A stretch of 44,768 nucleotides of DNA from Candidatus Eiseniibacteriota bacterium (GCA_044222065.1 JBGAOA010000036.1:1-44768), one strand, 5' to 3'. Positions 12,047 to 20,941 are shown, numbered from the stretch's first letter. Numbers and translations are program-made. Notes: generated by a model not told the origin, from the letters alone.

Positions 12047-13215
12047 TCCCGCGCGCCGCGGTCCGCGCGCGATCGTCCGCCGATCCCGCTCGCGATGCCG
12101 AGCGAGGCGATCACGACCGGGATCCACTCGGTCGGGTAGCGGTAGCGGTCGCCGGCGATCGTCGCGATGCCGAGCAGCGCGTGGCCGAGCCACACCCACG
12201 CGAGCAGGCCCGCGCGCTCGCGCACGCGGCGCGCGAACAGCGCGATCGCCGCGATCAGCGTGACGAGCCGGCCGAGCCACGCCGCCGGATCGCGCTCGAG
12301 CGGCACGATCGTCTCGACGGTCTTCCACGCGAGGCGGCGCGCGACGTCGCGCGGTCGGGCGCGCGCGTGCTCGGCGGTGAGGCGAACGAACATCCGGTCG
12401 TAGCCGCGCTCGTCGAGGCCGGGCGTGCGCGCCATGAGCTCCCACCCCTCGCTGATTCGACCCGGCGTGTTGCCCGCCCACGCGTTGATGCCGCCCTGCG
12501 TGAGCAGCGGCACGAACGCGTGCAGTCGGAGCGCGTTGCGCACCGGCCACGGCGCCCACGCGATCGCGGCCGCCGCGACGAACACGAGCGCGAGCCGCGG
12601 CGCGCGCCGCCCGAGCCACGCCGCGACGCCCGCGACGAGCCCGAGGCCGACCGGGCGCGTGAGCGCGGCGAGCGTCGCGCACACGCCTGCGGCGCCCGCG
12701 TACGCCCGGCTCTGGCGTGAGGCGGCCTCGAACGCGAGCACGGTGGTCGCGATCACGATCGAGGTGTAGAGCGATTCGGTCATGAGCTGTCCCGCGAGCG
12801 CGCGGCCCATCGGCCAGAGCAGCGCGATCGCGAACGCGAGCAGCCCCGCCCCCGCGCCGCCGAGGCGCGCCGCGAGCCGGCCGACGAGCGCACACGTCGC
12901 GCCCGCGAGCGCGCCCTGGAGCGCGAGCACCGTGCGCACGCCGCCGAGCGCGAAGCCGAGCGCCGCGAACGCCGCGTAGACGGGCGAGCGGTAGGCGTAG
13001 AGGTCGAGCGATCCGAGCATTGGCTCGCGGTAGACGAGGCCGCGGCCCGCGAGCAGGGAGCGGGCGAGCGCTTCGAACGAGCGCGCGTCGCCGTTCGCGT
13101 ACGGGTCGAAACCCGGGCCCGCCGCCCACCACGCGCCGAGCGCCGCCCCCGCTAGCGCGAGCGCGAGCGTCGGGAAGCGCGGCGTCGAGGACGGGACGGA
13201 CTCGTCGGCGTGCAT
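12043..13215 (-). CDS. Glycosyltransferase family 39 / ArnT-PMT-like membrane protein
   Basis: GDARSF..LARSLLAGRG, YRSPVYAAF, LMTESLY, LAALTRP, PWPVRNAL, RYRYP; start uncertain (13215 or 13227). Confidence 0.75.
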   Translation of the reverse strand: MHADESVPSSTPRFPTLALALAGAALGAWWAAGPGFDPYANGDARSFEALARSLLAGRGLVYREPMLGSLDLYAYRSPVYAAFAALGFALGGVRTVLALQGALAGATCALVGRLAARLGGAGAGLLAFAIALLWPMGRALAGQLMTESLYTSIVIATTVLAFEAASRQSRAYAGAAGVCATLAALTRPVGLGLVAGVAAWLGRRAPRLALVFVAAAAIAWAPWPVRNALRLHAFVPLLTQGGINAWAGNTPGRISEGWELMARTPGLDERGYDRMFVRLTAEHARARPRDVARRLAWKTVETIVPLERDPAAWLGRLVTLIAAIALFARRVRERAGLLAWVWLGHALLGIATIAGDRYRYPTEWIPVVIASLGIASGIGGRSRADRGARD

Positions 13216-13234
13216 GAGGTTCCTCACGGTTCGT

Positions 13235-13321
13235 TGGTGCCGGGGCCGGGACTCAAACCCGGACGGGATTGCTCCCAGCGGATTTTAAGTCCGCTGCGTC
13301 TATCGGTTCCGCCACCCCGGC
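13235..13321 (-). tRNA. tRNA-Leu(TAA) with encoded CCA, long variable arm and non-canonical A19/T56
   Basis: Reverse complement GCCGGGG TG GCGG AACCGATAG ACGC A GCGGA CT-TAA-AA TCCGC TGGGAGCAATCCCGT CCGGG TTTGAGT CCCGG CCCCGGC A CCA; acceptor, anticodon and T stems pair fully. Confidence 0.95.
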
Positions 13322-13334
13322 ACGATTCGCCACG

Positions 13335-13371
13335 AAAGAAAAACGCCCGGCGGCCTCTCGGGCCCCGGGCG
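13335..13371 (-). terminator. Rho-independent terminator after the act operon
   Basis: Minus strand CGCCCGG-GGCC-CGAGA-GGCC-G-CCGGGCG followed by TTTTTCTTT, about 30 nt after the actF stop. Confidence 0.8.
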
Positions 13372-13400
13372 CGATGCGCGCGAAAGAGTCGAACCGCGCG

Positions 13401-14666
13401 TCAGTGTCCGTGGCCGTGACCGCCGGCCGCCGCTAAGGCGTCCTTCACGTTCACGCACGGGTACTTCGTCAGGAAGCTCTGCACCGCCCAGCCGAACAGC
13501 CCCAGGAATCCGATCGTGACGCCCACCTCGGGCAGGCCGATCCACACGGTGTCGGGATTGAGCGACGGCATCACGAGCACGTGACGCTCGAGCCACACGC
13601 CGGCCATCACGAGGATCGAGAACGCGCTCAGCCAGAACGGGCTCGACTTGGTCGTCTTGTTCATGAGCCCGAAGAACGGGATCAGGAAGATCATCCCGAA
13701 CGCGAGGAAGCCGTACGCGCGCCACGGCTCTTCCATGCGCAGGAACACCCACCACGTCTCTTCCGGCATGTTCGCGTACCAGATCGGCAGGTACTGCGAC
13801 CAGAACGTGTACACCCAGAAGACGCAGAAGCTGAAGATGATCTTGCCCGTGTCCCAGAAGTGGGCCGTCTGCACGTAGGGCTCGAGCCGGTACTTCTGGC
13901 GCACCTGCGCGGTGAGCAGCGCCGTCATGCAGACGGCGGTGTTGAACGTCGAGGCGTAGACGAACCAACCGAACAGTCCGCTCACCCAGTTCGGCGTGAT
14001 CGACAGGATGAAATCCCACGACTGCACGCTGACGAACACGACGAACGCGAGCACGATCTGCGGCGACAAGTGGGCGAACTCGTGGCGCGCGACCGCCTCC
14101 TCCTGCGCGTCGCCCTTCCAGCCGGCCGCGAGCTTCTCGTACGCGGGCTTCAGGTCCGGCGAGACGTGCGGCAGCAGCAGTTTCGCGTCCGCGCGCAGCG
14201 CCTGCTTCACGAGCTTCGAGGCGAGCCACCAGAACAGCAGCAGGCCGCCGAGCGTGCGGATCCACAGGAACGGCAGGTTGAGGTACGGCTTGAGGCGCGG
14301 CGCCAGGTCGCCGTGCGTCCACGGCAGCAGCGAGTGCGTGCCGAACGCGAGCAGCACGACCATCGTCCCGATGCCGAACGGCAGGTACGCCGAGAGCGAC
14401 TCGCCGACGCGCTGGATCGGACCCGCCCACTTGCCGTTCGTGAGCCGGATCGCCGCCGACAGCACGACGCCGCCCATCGAGATGCCGAGCCAGTAGAGCG
14501 TGTTGATCGTGAAGCTGCCCCACGCGCGCTGCGGCTCCTTGAGCAACAGCCACGCGAACGAGGCGATGCCGACCGCGAAGCACGCCATCCAGATCTGACG
14601 CTTGCGCGCGTTCGGACGCACCGGCAGCTTGCCGGCGATGTCCTGCAGGATCGCGTGATCGCTCAT
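13401..14666 (-). CDS. actF: Alternative complex III subunit ActF (NrfD-like membrane subunit)
   Basis: About 10 TM helices, KPYLNLPF, WDFILSITPNWVSGLFG, FWSQYLPIWYANMPEET; last gene of the act cluster. Confidence 0.88.
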   Translation of the reverse strand: MSDHAILQDIAGKLPVRPNARKRQIWMACFAVGIASFAWLLLKEPQRAWGSFTINTLYWLGISMGGVVLSAAIRLTNGKWAGPIQRVGESLSAYLPFGIGTMVVLLAFGTHSLLPWTHGDLAPRLKPYLNLPFLWIRTLGGLLLFWWLASKLVKQALRADAKLLLPHVSPDLKPAYEKLAAGWKGDAQEEAVARHEFAHLSPQIVLAFVVFVSVQSWDFILSITPNWVSGLFGWFVYASTFNTAVCMTALLTAQVRQKYRLEPYVQTAHFWDTGKIIFSFCVFWVYTFWSQYLPIWYANMPEETWWVFLRMEEPWRAYGFLAFGMIFLIPFFGLMNKTTKSSPFWLSAFSILVMAGVWLERHVLVMPSLNPDTVWIGLPEVGVTIGFLGLFGWAVQSFLTKYPCVNVKDALAAAGGHGHGH

Positions 14667-15223
14667 CGAGGATTGACTTTCTGCTGGTGCCGAACGTAGT
14701 TCACGACGTCCCACGCTTCCTGCGCGGTGACCTGAGCGCCGTACGGCGGCATCACGGCGCCGCCGTGCCGCATGTACGAGTAGAGGTAGCCGTCACGCCG
14801 CTGCCGCGTCGCCTCGCCGAGCAGGTCGGGCGGCGGCATGAACAGCGCCGCGACGGGCCCGTCGCCCGCGAGCTGCGGGCCGTGGCACGGCACGCACGTC
14901 TTGATGAACTTGCGCTCGCCGCGGGCGAGCGACGAGTCGTCGGCCGCGACCGGATTGACGAGCGTCTCGCCGAGCTTCGTCGCGAGGTCCACGCCCTCGA
15001 GGCCGTACGTGCGCTCGACGCCCTTCGTCGGCACGGTGCCGGGCGCGGGCGGCGTGAGCGAACCGTGATTCGGGATGAACGCCACGGTGCGCCGCATGTC
15101 GCGATACGGGTAGTACGTCCAGTGCGTGATCGCGGTGATGCCGTCCTTGACGCTCTGCTGGACGGACCCGATCGAGAACACGACGGCGAACACGGCGATC
15201 ACGGCGCCGAGGATCTTAAGCAT
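14663..15223 (-). CDS. actE: ACIII monoheme cytochrome c subunit ActE
   Basis: Single CVPCH, PPAPGTVP, 'DGYLYSYMRHGGAVMPPYG' with axial Met; position between actD and actF. Confidence 0.88.
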   Translation of the reverse strand: MLKILGAVIAVFAVVFSIGSVQQSVKDGITAITHWTYYPYRDMRRTVAFIPNHGSLTPPAPGTVPTKGVERTYGLEGVDLATKLGETLVNPVAADDSSLARGERKFIKTCVPCHGPQLAGDGPVAALFMPPPDLLGEATRQRRDGYLYSYMRHGGAVMPPYGAQVTAQEAWDVVNYVRHQQKVNPR

Positions 15224-15761
15224 GGACCTGCACCTCCTCGGCCTGGTGGCCGTTGAGGAGCTGCTCGACCTTCTTCACGTCGTCGCCGCGGCACGGCACC
15301 CAGATGCCGATGCGGTCCTCCGTGAAGCGCGGGTCGTACGGCGCCGACGGACGGACCTCCGGGATGCGCGCGAGCGCCATCATGCCGAGCAGGTTCGTGA
15401 GGCCGGCGAGCAGGATCATCGATTCGTACGCGATGATCATGTACGGCGGGAGCGAAACGAGTTCCTTGCCGCCGACGACGAGCGGATACGAGATGCACGA
15501 GTAGATGCTCAGCGACAGGCCGGCCGTGAAGCCGAGGACGCCGCCGACGAACGTGACCCAGCGCACGATGGATGGGCCCTGCTCGAGCGCGTGCTCGATC
15601 TCGTGGTGCGGCACCGGCGAGTACACGCGCAGGTCCTTGTGCCCGGCCTGGCGCAGCGTCTTCACCGCTTCCGTCGCATCGTCCACGTAGTAGAAGACGC
15701 CCATCACGCCGTGGAACTTCGGCGGCGGCGGCATCAGCAGTTTCTGGAGCGCGCCGATCAT
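15216..15761 (-). CDS. actD: ACIII subunit ActD (DUF3341-like)
   Basis: YSPVPHHEIEHAL, two TM helices, YPLVVGGK, YESMIL, YDPRFTEDRIGI; ATG overlaps the actC stop. Confidence 0.88.
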   Translation of the reverse strand: MIGALQKLLMPPPPKFHGVMGVFYYVDDATEAVKTLRQAGHKDLRVYSPVPHHEIEHALEQGPSIVRWVTFVGGVLGFTAGLSLSIYSCISYPLVVGGKELVSLPPYMIIAYESMILLAGLTNLLGMMALARIPEVRPSAPYDPRFTEDRIGIWVPCRGDDVKKVEQLLNGHQAEEVQVHA

Positions 15762-17137
15762 CCGTGCTTCCTCCGCCGCGGGAACACGAGCGTCTCCTTG
15801 ATCTCGGCGATCGAGAAGGCCGGCAGCACGCGGATGAACACCAGGAAGAACATGAAGAACCACGCGAACGAACCGACGATGAGCGCCACCTCGGTGAACG
15901 ACATCCGGTACGGCACCCACGTCGCGGGATTGAACGAGCGCGCGAGCGACGTGACGATGATCACGAAGCGCTCGAACCACATGCCCACGTTCACGAACAG
16001 CGCGAGGACGAACAGCACCGTCATGTTCCGGCGCACGGGCTTGAACCACAGCACGAGCGGGATGATGACGTTGCACGAGAACATGATCCAGAACGCCCAC
16101 CAGTAGTGGCCCGTCGCGCGGAACCAGAACACGTCGCGCTCGTACTGGTTCGGCCCGAACCACGCCATGAAGAACTCGGTCAGGTACGAGTAGCCCACCA
16201 TCGTGGACGTCATCAGCACGAGCTTCGCGAGCTTCTCCATGTGGTCGAGCGTCACGATGTGCTCGAGCCTGTAGACCTTGCGGATCACGATGAGCAGGTT
16301 GATCACGAGCGCGACGCCCGAGAAGATCGCGCCGGCCACGAAGTAGGGCGCGAACAGCGTCGAATGCCAGCCCGGGTTCAGGGCCATCGCGAAGTCCCAC
16401 GACACGACGCTGTGCACCGAGAACACGAGCGGCGTCGCCATCGCGGCGAAGAACAGGTACGCGCCGTAGTAGTGCTTCCACTGGTAATTCGCGCCCGTCC
16501 AGCCGAACGACGCGAGGTGGAGCACGGTCTTCAGGATCGGGTTCTTCGTCCGGTCGCGCTGCGCGGCGATGTCCGGGATCAGGCCGACCAGGAAGAAGAT
16601 GCTCGACACGGTGAGGTACGTGTTCACGGCGAACACGTCCCACTCGAGCGGCGAACGCACGTTCGACCACAGGTTGCGCTGGTTCGGATACGGGAACAGC
16701 CAGTAGTCGAACCACGGGCGGCCGGTGTGGATCGCGGGGAACATCGCCGCGGTGAGCACGCCGAACACCGTCATCGCCTCCGCGACGCGGTAGACGGCGC
16801 GCCGGAAGTGCGAGCGGAACAGGAACAGCACCGCCGAGACGAGCGTGCCGCAGTGCGCGATGCCGACCCAGAAGACGAAGTTCGTGATGTCCACGGCCCA
16901 CATGACCGGGCGCATGAAGCCCGACACGCCCCAGCCGAGGAAGATCAGGTTGCGCACCGCGATCAGCGCCACCGCGAGCACGAGCAGGTCGAAGATGAAC
17001 ACCGCCCACCAGATTCGGCCGGGGCGGCTGATCATCTTCAGCACGTCGTCGTTCAGCTGCTTCTGGCTGAGCTGCGCGGGAGCGTGCTCGCTCGCGCCGA
17101 CGGCTTCGGGGCTCGATTCGATCTCGTAGTCGCTCAC
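15758..17137 (-). CDS. actC: ACIII quinol-oxidising subunit ActC (NrfD/PsrC family)
   Basis: ITNFVFWVGIAHCGTLVSA, RVAEAMT, HTGRPW, RSPLEWDVFAV, VHSVVSWDFA, WHSTLFAPYFVAGAIFSG, GMWFERF. Confidence 0.95.
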   Translation of the reverse strand: MSDYEIESSPEAVGASEHAPAQLSQKQLNDDVLKMISRPGRIWWAVFIFDLLVLAVALIAVRNLIFLGWGVSGFMRPVMWAVDITNFVFWVGIAHCGTLVSAVLFLFRSHFRRAVYRVAEAMTVFGVLTAAMFPAIHTGRPWFDYWLFPYPNQRNLWSNVRSPLEWDVFAVNTYLTVSSIFFLVGLIPDIAAQRDRTKNPILKTVLHLASFGWTGANYQWKHYYGAYLFFAAMATPLVFSVHSVVSWDFAMALNPGWHSTLFAPYFVAGAIFSGVALVINLLIVIRKVYRLEHIVTLDHMEKLAKLVLMTSTMVGYSYLTEFFMAWFGPNQYERDVFWFRATGHYWWAFWIMFSCNVIIPLVLWFKPVRRNMTVLFVLALFVNVGMWFERFVIIVTSLARSFNPATWVPYRMSFTEVALIVGSFAWFFMFFLVFIRVLPAFSIAEIKETLVFPRRRKHG

Positions 17138-17147
17138 GCGGCCTCGC

Positions 17148-20100
17148 TCACGATCCCCACGTGACCTTCTTCAGGTAGGTCACGCCGGGCTTGGTGTTCA
17201 GTTCGTTGAAGACCCAGTAGCGCCGCTCGCTGCCCCGCGAGAGCTTCGACACGCGGCTCTCGGGGTCCATGAGGTCGCCGAACACGATCGCGTCCGTGGG
17301 GCAGGTCTGCGCGCAGGCGCTCGTGAACTCGCCGTCCTTCAGGTCGCGCCCCTCGTCCTTCGCGTTCCCCTTGGCCTCGAGGATGCGCTGGACGCACATC
17401 GTGCACTTCTCCATCACGCCCTTCGAACGCACCGTGACGTCGGGGTTCAGCTGCCAGTTCAGCGGCTCGGGGAACGCGAAGGTCGCCTTCTCGGGTGCGG
17501 AGTAGTCGAACCAGTTGAACTCGCGCACCTTGTACGGGCAGTTGTTCGAGCAGTAGCGGGTGCCGACGCAGCGGTTGTAGACCTGCGCGTTCAGCCCTTC
17601 CGGATTGTGGTAGGTCGCGTACACGGGGCACACGATCTCGCACGGCGCGTCGTTGCAGTGCTGGCACATCATCGGGATGTGCCGCACGTCCACCGGCCCC
17701 GCGTCCGCGGCGACCTTCTCTTCGAAGCGGTCGATGCGGATCCAGAACATGTCGCGGCCGCGCTTGACCATCTCGGGGCCGACGGTCGGCACGTTGTTCT
17801 CGGCCGAGCAGGCGATCATGCACGCGCTGCAGCCCGTGCAGGCGTTGAGGTCGATCGCGAGCGCCCAGCGGTGCTTCGCGTTCTTGTAGCTGCCGACGTT
17901 GATCGGATTGCGGCGCGGAGCGCGCCCGATCTCCTCGGGCTCGAACGCCGTCACCGCGTGCGCCGGCGGCTGGTAGCCCTCGGGCCGCACGAGCGGCTCG
18001 GTGTGCTTGCCCGGCACGAGCGCGCGCGGATGCACGTGGTGGCCGGCCTCGTGGCCGCCGCCGTGCTTGCCGGCCGCGTGCCCCGCGCCGTGCGTGTCCG
18101 AGCTGTCGGACGGCGCCGTGACGAGAGACGCTTCGCCCGTGACGACGGCGAGCGGGATCGCGGCCGCGATGTCGCGGCCGTGCTGGTCCTTCTCGCGCTG
18201 CGAGACCGCGAGCCCCGCGGCCTTCGCGCCCTTCGCGACCGCGGCCTTCGCGCTCAGGTAGGCGAGCGCGCCCGAAGCCGCGTCCTGCGCCGGAGAAAGC
18301 AGCGCGAGCGCGTTCACGCCGAGGTCCTTCGCGTAGCGTCCGTAAGCCGTGTGGCCCTGGCCGAGCGGCATCGCGACGACGTCCTTGCGCACGCCGCTCC
18401 ACACGTAGGCCGGGACTTCGACGCTGCCCGCTTCGGTCGTGACCTTCACGGGATCGCCCATCTTGACGCCGACCTTCGCGGCCGTGTCGGGGTGGATCTC
18501 GGCCCACGAGCCCCACACCGACTTGGTCGTCGGATCGGGCAGCTCCTGCAGCCACGCCTTGTTCGCGCCGCGGCCGTCGTACAGGTTCGGCGAGGCGAAC
18601 AGCACGAGCGCGAGGTCGCCCGCGCCCTTCAGTTCGGGCGCGACGAACGACGGCGCGCCGGACCAGCGCACGGGCTGGGCCGCGACGTCCTCGAACACGC
18701 CGCCGCGCTGAAGCGCCGCGTTCCACCCCGCCTCGACGTCCGCGCCGACGCGGCCGCGCCAGCGGGCCTTGAGGTACTCCTCGTACGCATCGGGCCACGC
18801 CGCGCCGGTGCCGCCGCCCTTGCCGAGCGCGATCAGCACGTCGCCCGCGGGGCGCGCGTCGAACATCGGGAGCTTCTGCATCGCCGGCTGCACGAGCGAC
18901 GCGACGCCGCGCGCCGGTTCGGCGTCGTCGAGCGTCTCGATCGGGTGCAGCGTCGGCAGCAGCAGGTCGCAGCCCTCGGCCGTCTCGTCGAGCACGCCCG
19001 AGAGCGAGATCTTGAACGGCACCTTCGCCATCGCGGCCGAGAAGCCCGCCCACTTCGGCACGCTGTAGGCCGGGTTCGCGCGGTGCACGAGCAGCACGTC
19101 CACCTTGCCGCCGTCCATGTCGGCGATCAGCTTCTGCAGGTCCGCGAAGCTCGCGACGCCGTCCCAGTTCAGCGTGCGATCGAAGCGCACGGTCTGGTTG
19201 ACGTTCCCGGCGACGTAGTTGAGCAGGTTCACCGCGGCCGCGAGGCCCACGCTCTGCTCGCTCTGCGTCGCGATCGCGCCGGCGACCGCGAGGCTCGGGC
19301 TCGCCTTCGCGAAGTGCTTCGCCACGTGCTTCACGGTTTCGGCCGGCACGTCCGCCTGCTGCTGCACGGCCTCGGGCGTCCACGACGAGACCGCGTCGAG
19401 CAGCGCGCCGCGCTCGGCGAGCGCCGGACCGTAGCCGTTCGCGAGGATCTCGCGCGCGAGGCCGAGCGCGAGCGCCATCTCGCCGCCGGGCTTCACCGCG
19501 ATCCACTCGTCGGCGTTCGCGCCCGTGAGCGAGAGCCGCGACTCGACCGCCACCACGTGCGCGAGCGACTCGGGATCACGCGCGGCCGCGAAGCCCTTCG
19601 CGTTCCCGGTCGGGTTGAGCCAGGTCTCGAGGAAGTCGGCGCCGAAGCTGAGGATCATGCGCGCGCGCGCGAAGTCGTAGTTCGGAATCGCGGCGGTGCC
19701 GAACGTGCGGCGGTTCGCCTCGCGCAGGCTCTCGTGTGCGAACGGCTCCACCGCGAGGTGCGTCGCCTTGAGCCCCGCCGTCCACTCGCCGATCAGCGCC
19801 TTCATCGAACCCGTGACGTGGTCGGTGACGAGCGCGACGCCCGTGCCGCCCGTCTTCGCCTCCGAGAGCTTCGATCCGGCGAGCGCGAGCGCGTCCTCCC
19901 ACGAGATCGTCCGCCACGCGCCGTTCTCCTTCTGCATCGGCGACTTGAGGCGGTCGGGATCGTAGAGCCCCTGCAGCGCCGCGTGCCCGCGGGCGCACAG
20001 TCCGCCGCGGTTCACGGGGTGCGCGGGATTGCCCTCGATCTTGATCGCGCGCCCTTCGCGCGCCTTCACGAGCGTGCCGCAGCCCGTCGGGCACTCGCGG

Positions 20101-20270
20101 CACGTGCTCGCGTACCAGTACGGCACGCCGACGAGGATGTCCTGGGGCGGGACGAGATAAGGAATGAGCTTTTCCGCCGGCGGGCTGCAGCCCGCGGCGG
20201 CCGACCCGGCCACGCCGAGCCCGACGAGCTTCAGGAAGTCGCGTCTCTGCAGATTCGATTCTTCGCTCAT
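17148..20270 (-). CDS. actB: ACIII subunit ActB (molybdopterin-oxidoreductase-like domain fused to Fe-S ferredoxin domain); Tat lipoprotein
   Basis: RRDFLK Tat motif plus AAAGC lipobox; EGRAIKIEGNPAHP, LYDPDR; C-terminal CTGCSACMIAC, CQHCNDAPCEIVCP, CVGTRYCSNNCP, CTMC...CAQTCP. Confidence 0.95.
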   Translation of the reverse strand: MSEESNLQRRDFLKLVGLGVAGSAAAGCSPPAEKLIPYLVPPQDILVGVPYWYASTCRECPTGCGTLVKAREGRAIKIEGNPAHPVNRGGLCARGHAALQGLYDPDRLKSPMQKENGAWRTISWEDALALAGSKLSEAKTGGTGVALVTDHVTGSMKALIGEWTAGLKATHLAVEPFAHESLREANRRTFGTAAIPNYDFARARMILSFGADFLETWLNPTGNAKGFAAARDPESLAHVVAVESRLSLTGANADEWIAVKPGGEMALALGLAREILANGYGPALAERGALLDAVSSWTPEAVQQQADVPAETVKHVAKHFAKASPSLAVAGAIATQSEQSVGLAAAVNLLNYVAGNVNQTVRFDRTLNWDGVASFADLQKLIADMDGGKVDVLLVHRANPAYSVPKWAGFSAAMAKVPFKISLSGVLDETAEGCDLLLPTLHPIETLDDAEPARGVASLVQPAMQKLPMFDARPAGDVLIALGKGGGTGAAWPDAYEEYLKARWRGRVGADVEAGWNAALQRGGVFEDVAAQPVRWSGAPSFVAPELKGAGDLALVLFASPNLYDGRGANKAWLQELPDPTTKSVWGSWAEIHPDTAAKVGVKMGDPVKVTTEAGSVEVPAYVWSGVRKDVVAMPLGQGHTAYGRYAKDLGVNALALLSPAQDAASGALAYLSAKAAVAKGAKAAGLAVSQREKDQHGRDIAAAIPLAVVTGEASLVTAPSDSSDTHGAGHAAGKHGGGHEAGHHVHPRALVPGKHTEPLVRPEGYQPPAHAVTAFEPEEIGRAPRRNPINVGSYKNAKHRWALAIDLNACTGCSACMIACSAENNVPTVGPEMVKRGRDMFWIRIDRFEEKVAADAGPVDVRHIPMMCQHCNDAPCEIVCPVYATYHNPEGLNAQVYNRCVGTRYCSNNCPYKVREFNWFDYSAPEKATFAFPEPLNWQLNPDVTVRSKGVMEKCTMCVQRILEAKGNAKDEGRDLKDGEFTSACAQTCPTDAIVFGDLMDPESRVSKLSRGSERRYWVFNELNTKPGVTYLKKVTWGS

Positions 20271-20280
20271 CACGCGCTCG

Positions 20281-20811
20281 TCAGTGGTGGCAGGCGACGC
20301 AGTCCATCGTCGCCGGGTTGACGGGATCTTCCAGCTTGTCCCGATGGCATTTCAGGCACCACCCCATCTTGAGCGACGGGTACTGGTACATGACCGCCAT
20401 CTGCTGGACCGGACCGTGGCATTCGGTGCACTGCACGCCCGCGCGCACGTGCCGCTTGTGGTTGAACTTGACGTGCGACGGCATGCGGTAGACCTCGATC
20501 CACGGGACCTGTTCGCCGCGGTCGAAGTAGCCCGTGAGCTTCTGCACTTCGGGGCGATCGCTCACCGCGATCTTGTGGCATCCCATGCAGGTGCCGACGG
20601 GAGGCAGGTTCGCGATCGCCGACTTCTCCGCGCCGTAGTGGCAGTAGAGACAGTTCATGCCGAGCTTGCCGGCGTGGATCTGGTGGCTGAAGTTGATCGG
20701 CTGCTTCGGTCCCTTGGAGAGACCGAGCTGCGTGTAGATGGACTGGGAGAGCGCGACCGACGCGAGCGCCAGCGTTCCCAGCACGATGAGAGCCACCAGA
20801 GGTCGTTTCAT
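20281..20811 (-). CDS. actA: ACIII pentaheme cytochrome c subunit ActA
   Basis: Five CxxCH motifs (CLYCH, CMGCH, CTECH, CLKCH, CVACH), PKQPINFSHQIH, FNHKRH, N-terminal hydrophobic segment. Confidence 0.95.
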   Translation of the reverse strand: MKRPLVALIVLGTLALASVALSQSIYTQLGLSKGPKQPINFSHQIHAGKLGMNCLYCHYGAEKSAIANLPPVGTCMGCHKIAVSDRPEVQKLTGYFDRGEQVPWIEVYRMPSHVKFNHKRHVRAGVQCTECHGPVQQMAVMYQYPSLKMGWCLKCHRDKLEDPVNPATMDCVACHH

Positions 20812-20826
20812 GGCGAACGGGCGCGG

Positions 20827-20855
20827 AAGCTACTCATCTGTCCGGAGGCTGTCAA
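20827..20855 (-). promoter_or_regulatory. Sigma70-type promoter of the act operon
   Basis: Minus strand TTGACA-N17-TAGCTT, ending 15 nt before the actA ATG. Confidence 0.7.
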
Positions 20856-20941
20856 TGCGTTTGTGAACGGCGGTGCATAGTCGCGCGAAGCGTCGGCGAT
20901 TCTCGGCGCTACGCGGAGCGACTCCGCCGCCGAACGCCGCG

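Noticed and set aside
13235..13321. tRNA as a prophage or island attachment site
   Set aside because: No integrase and no duplicated tRNA 3' end seen in the window.
20861..20880. TTGTGAA half-site upstream of the act promoter (Rex/CRP-like)
   Set aside because: The second half-site is not palindromic, so support is too weak.
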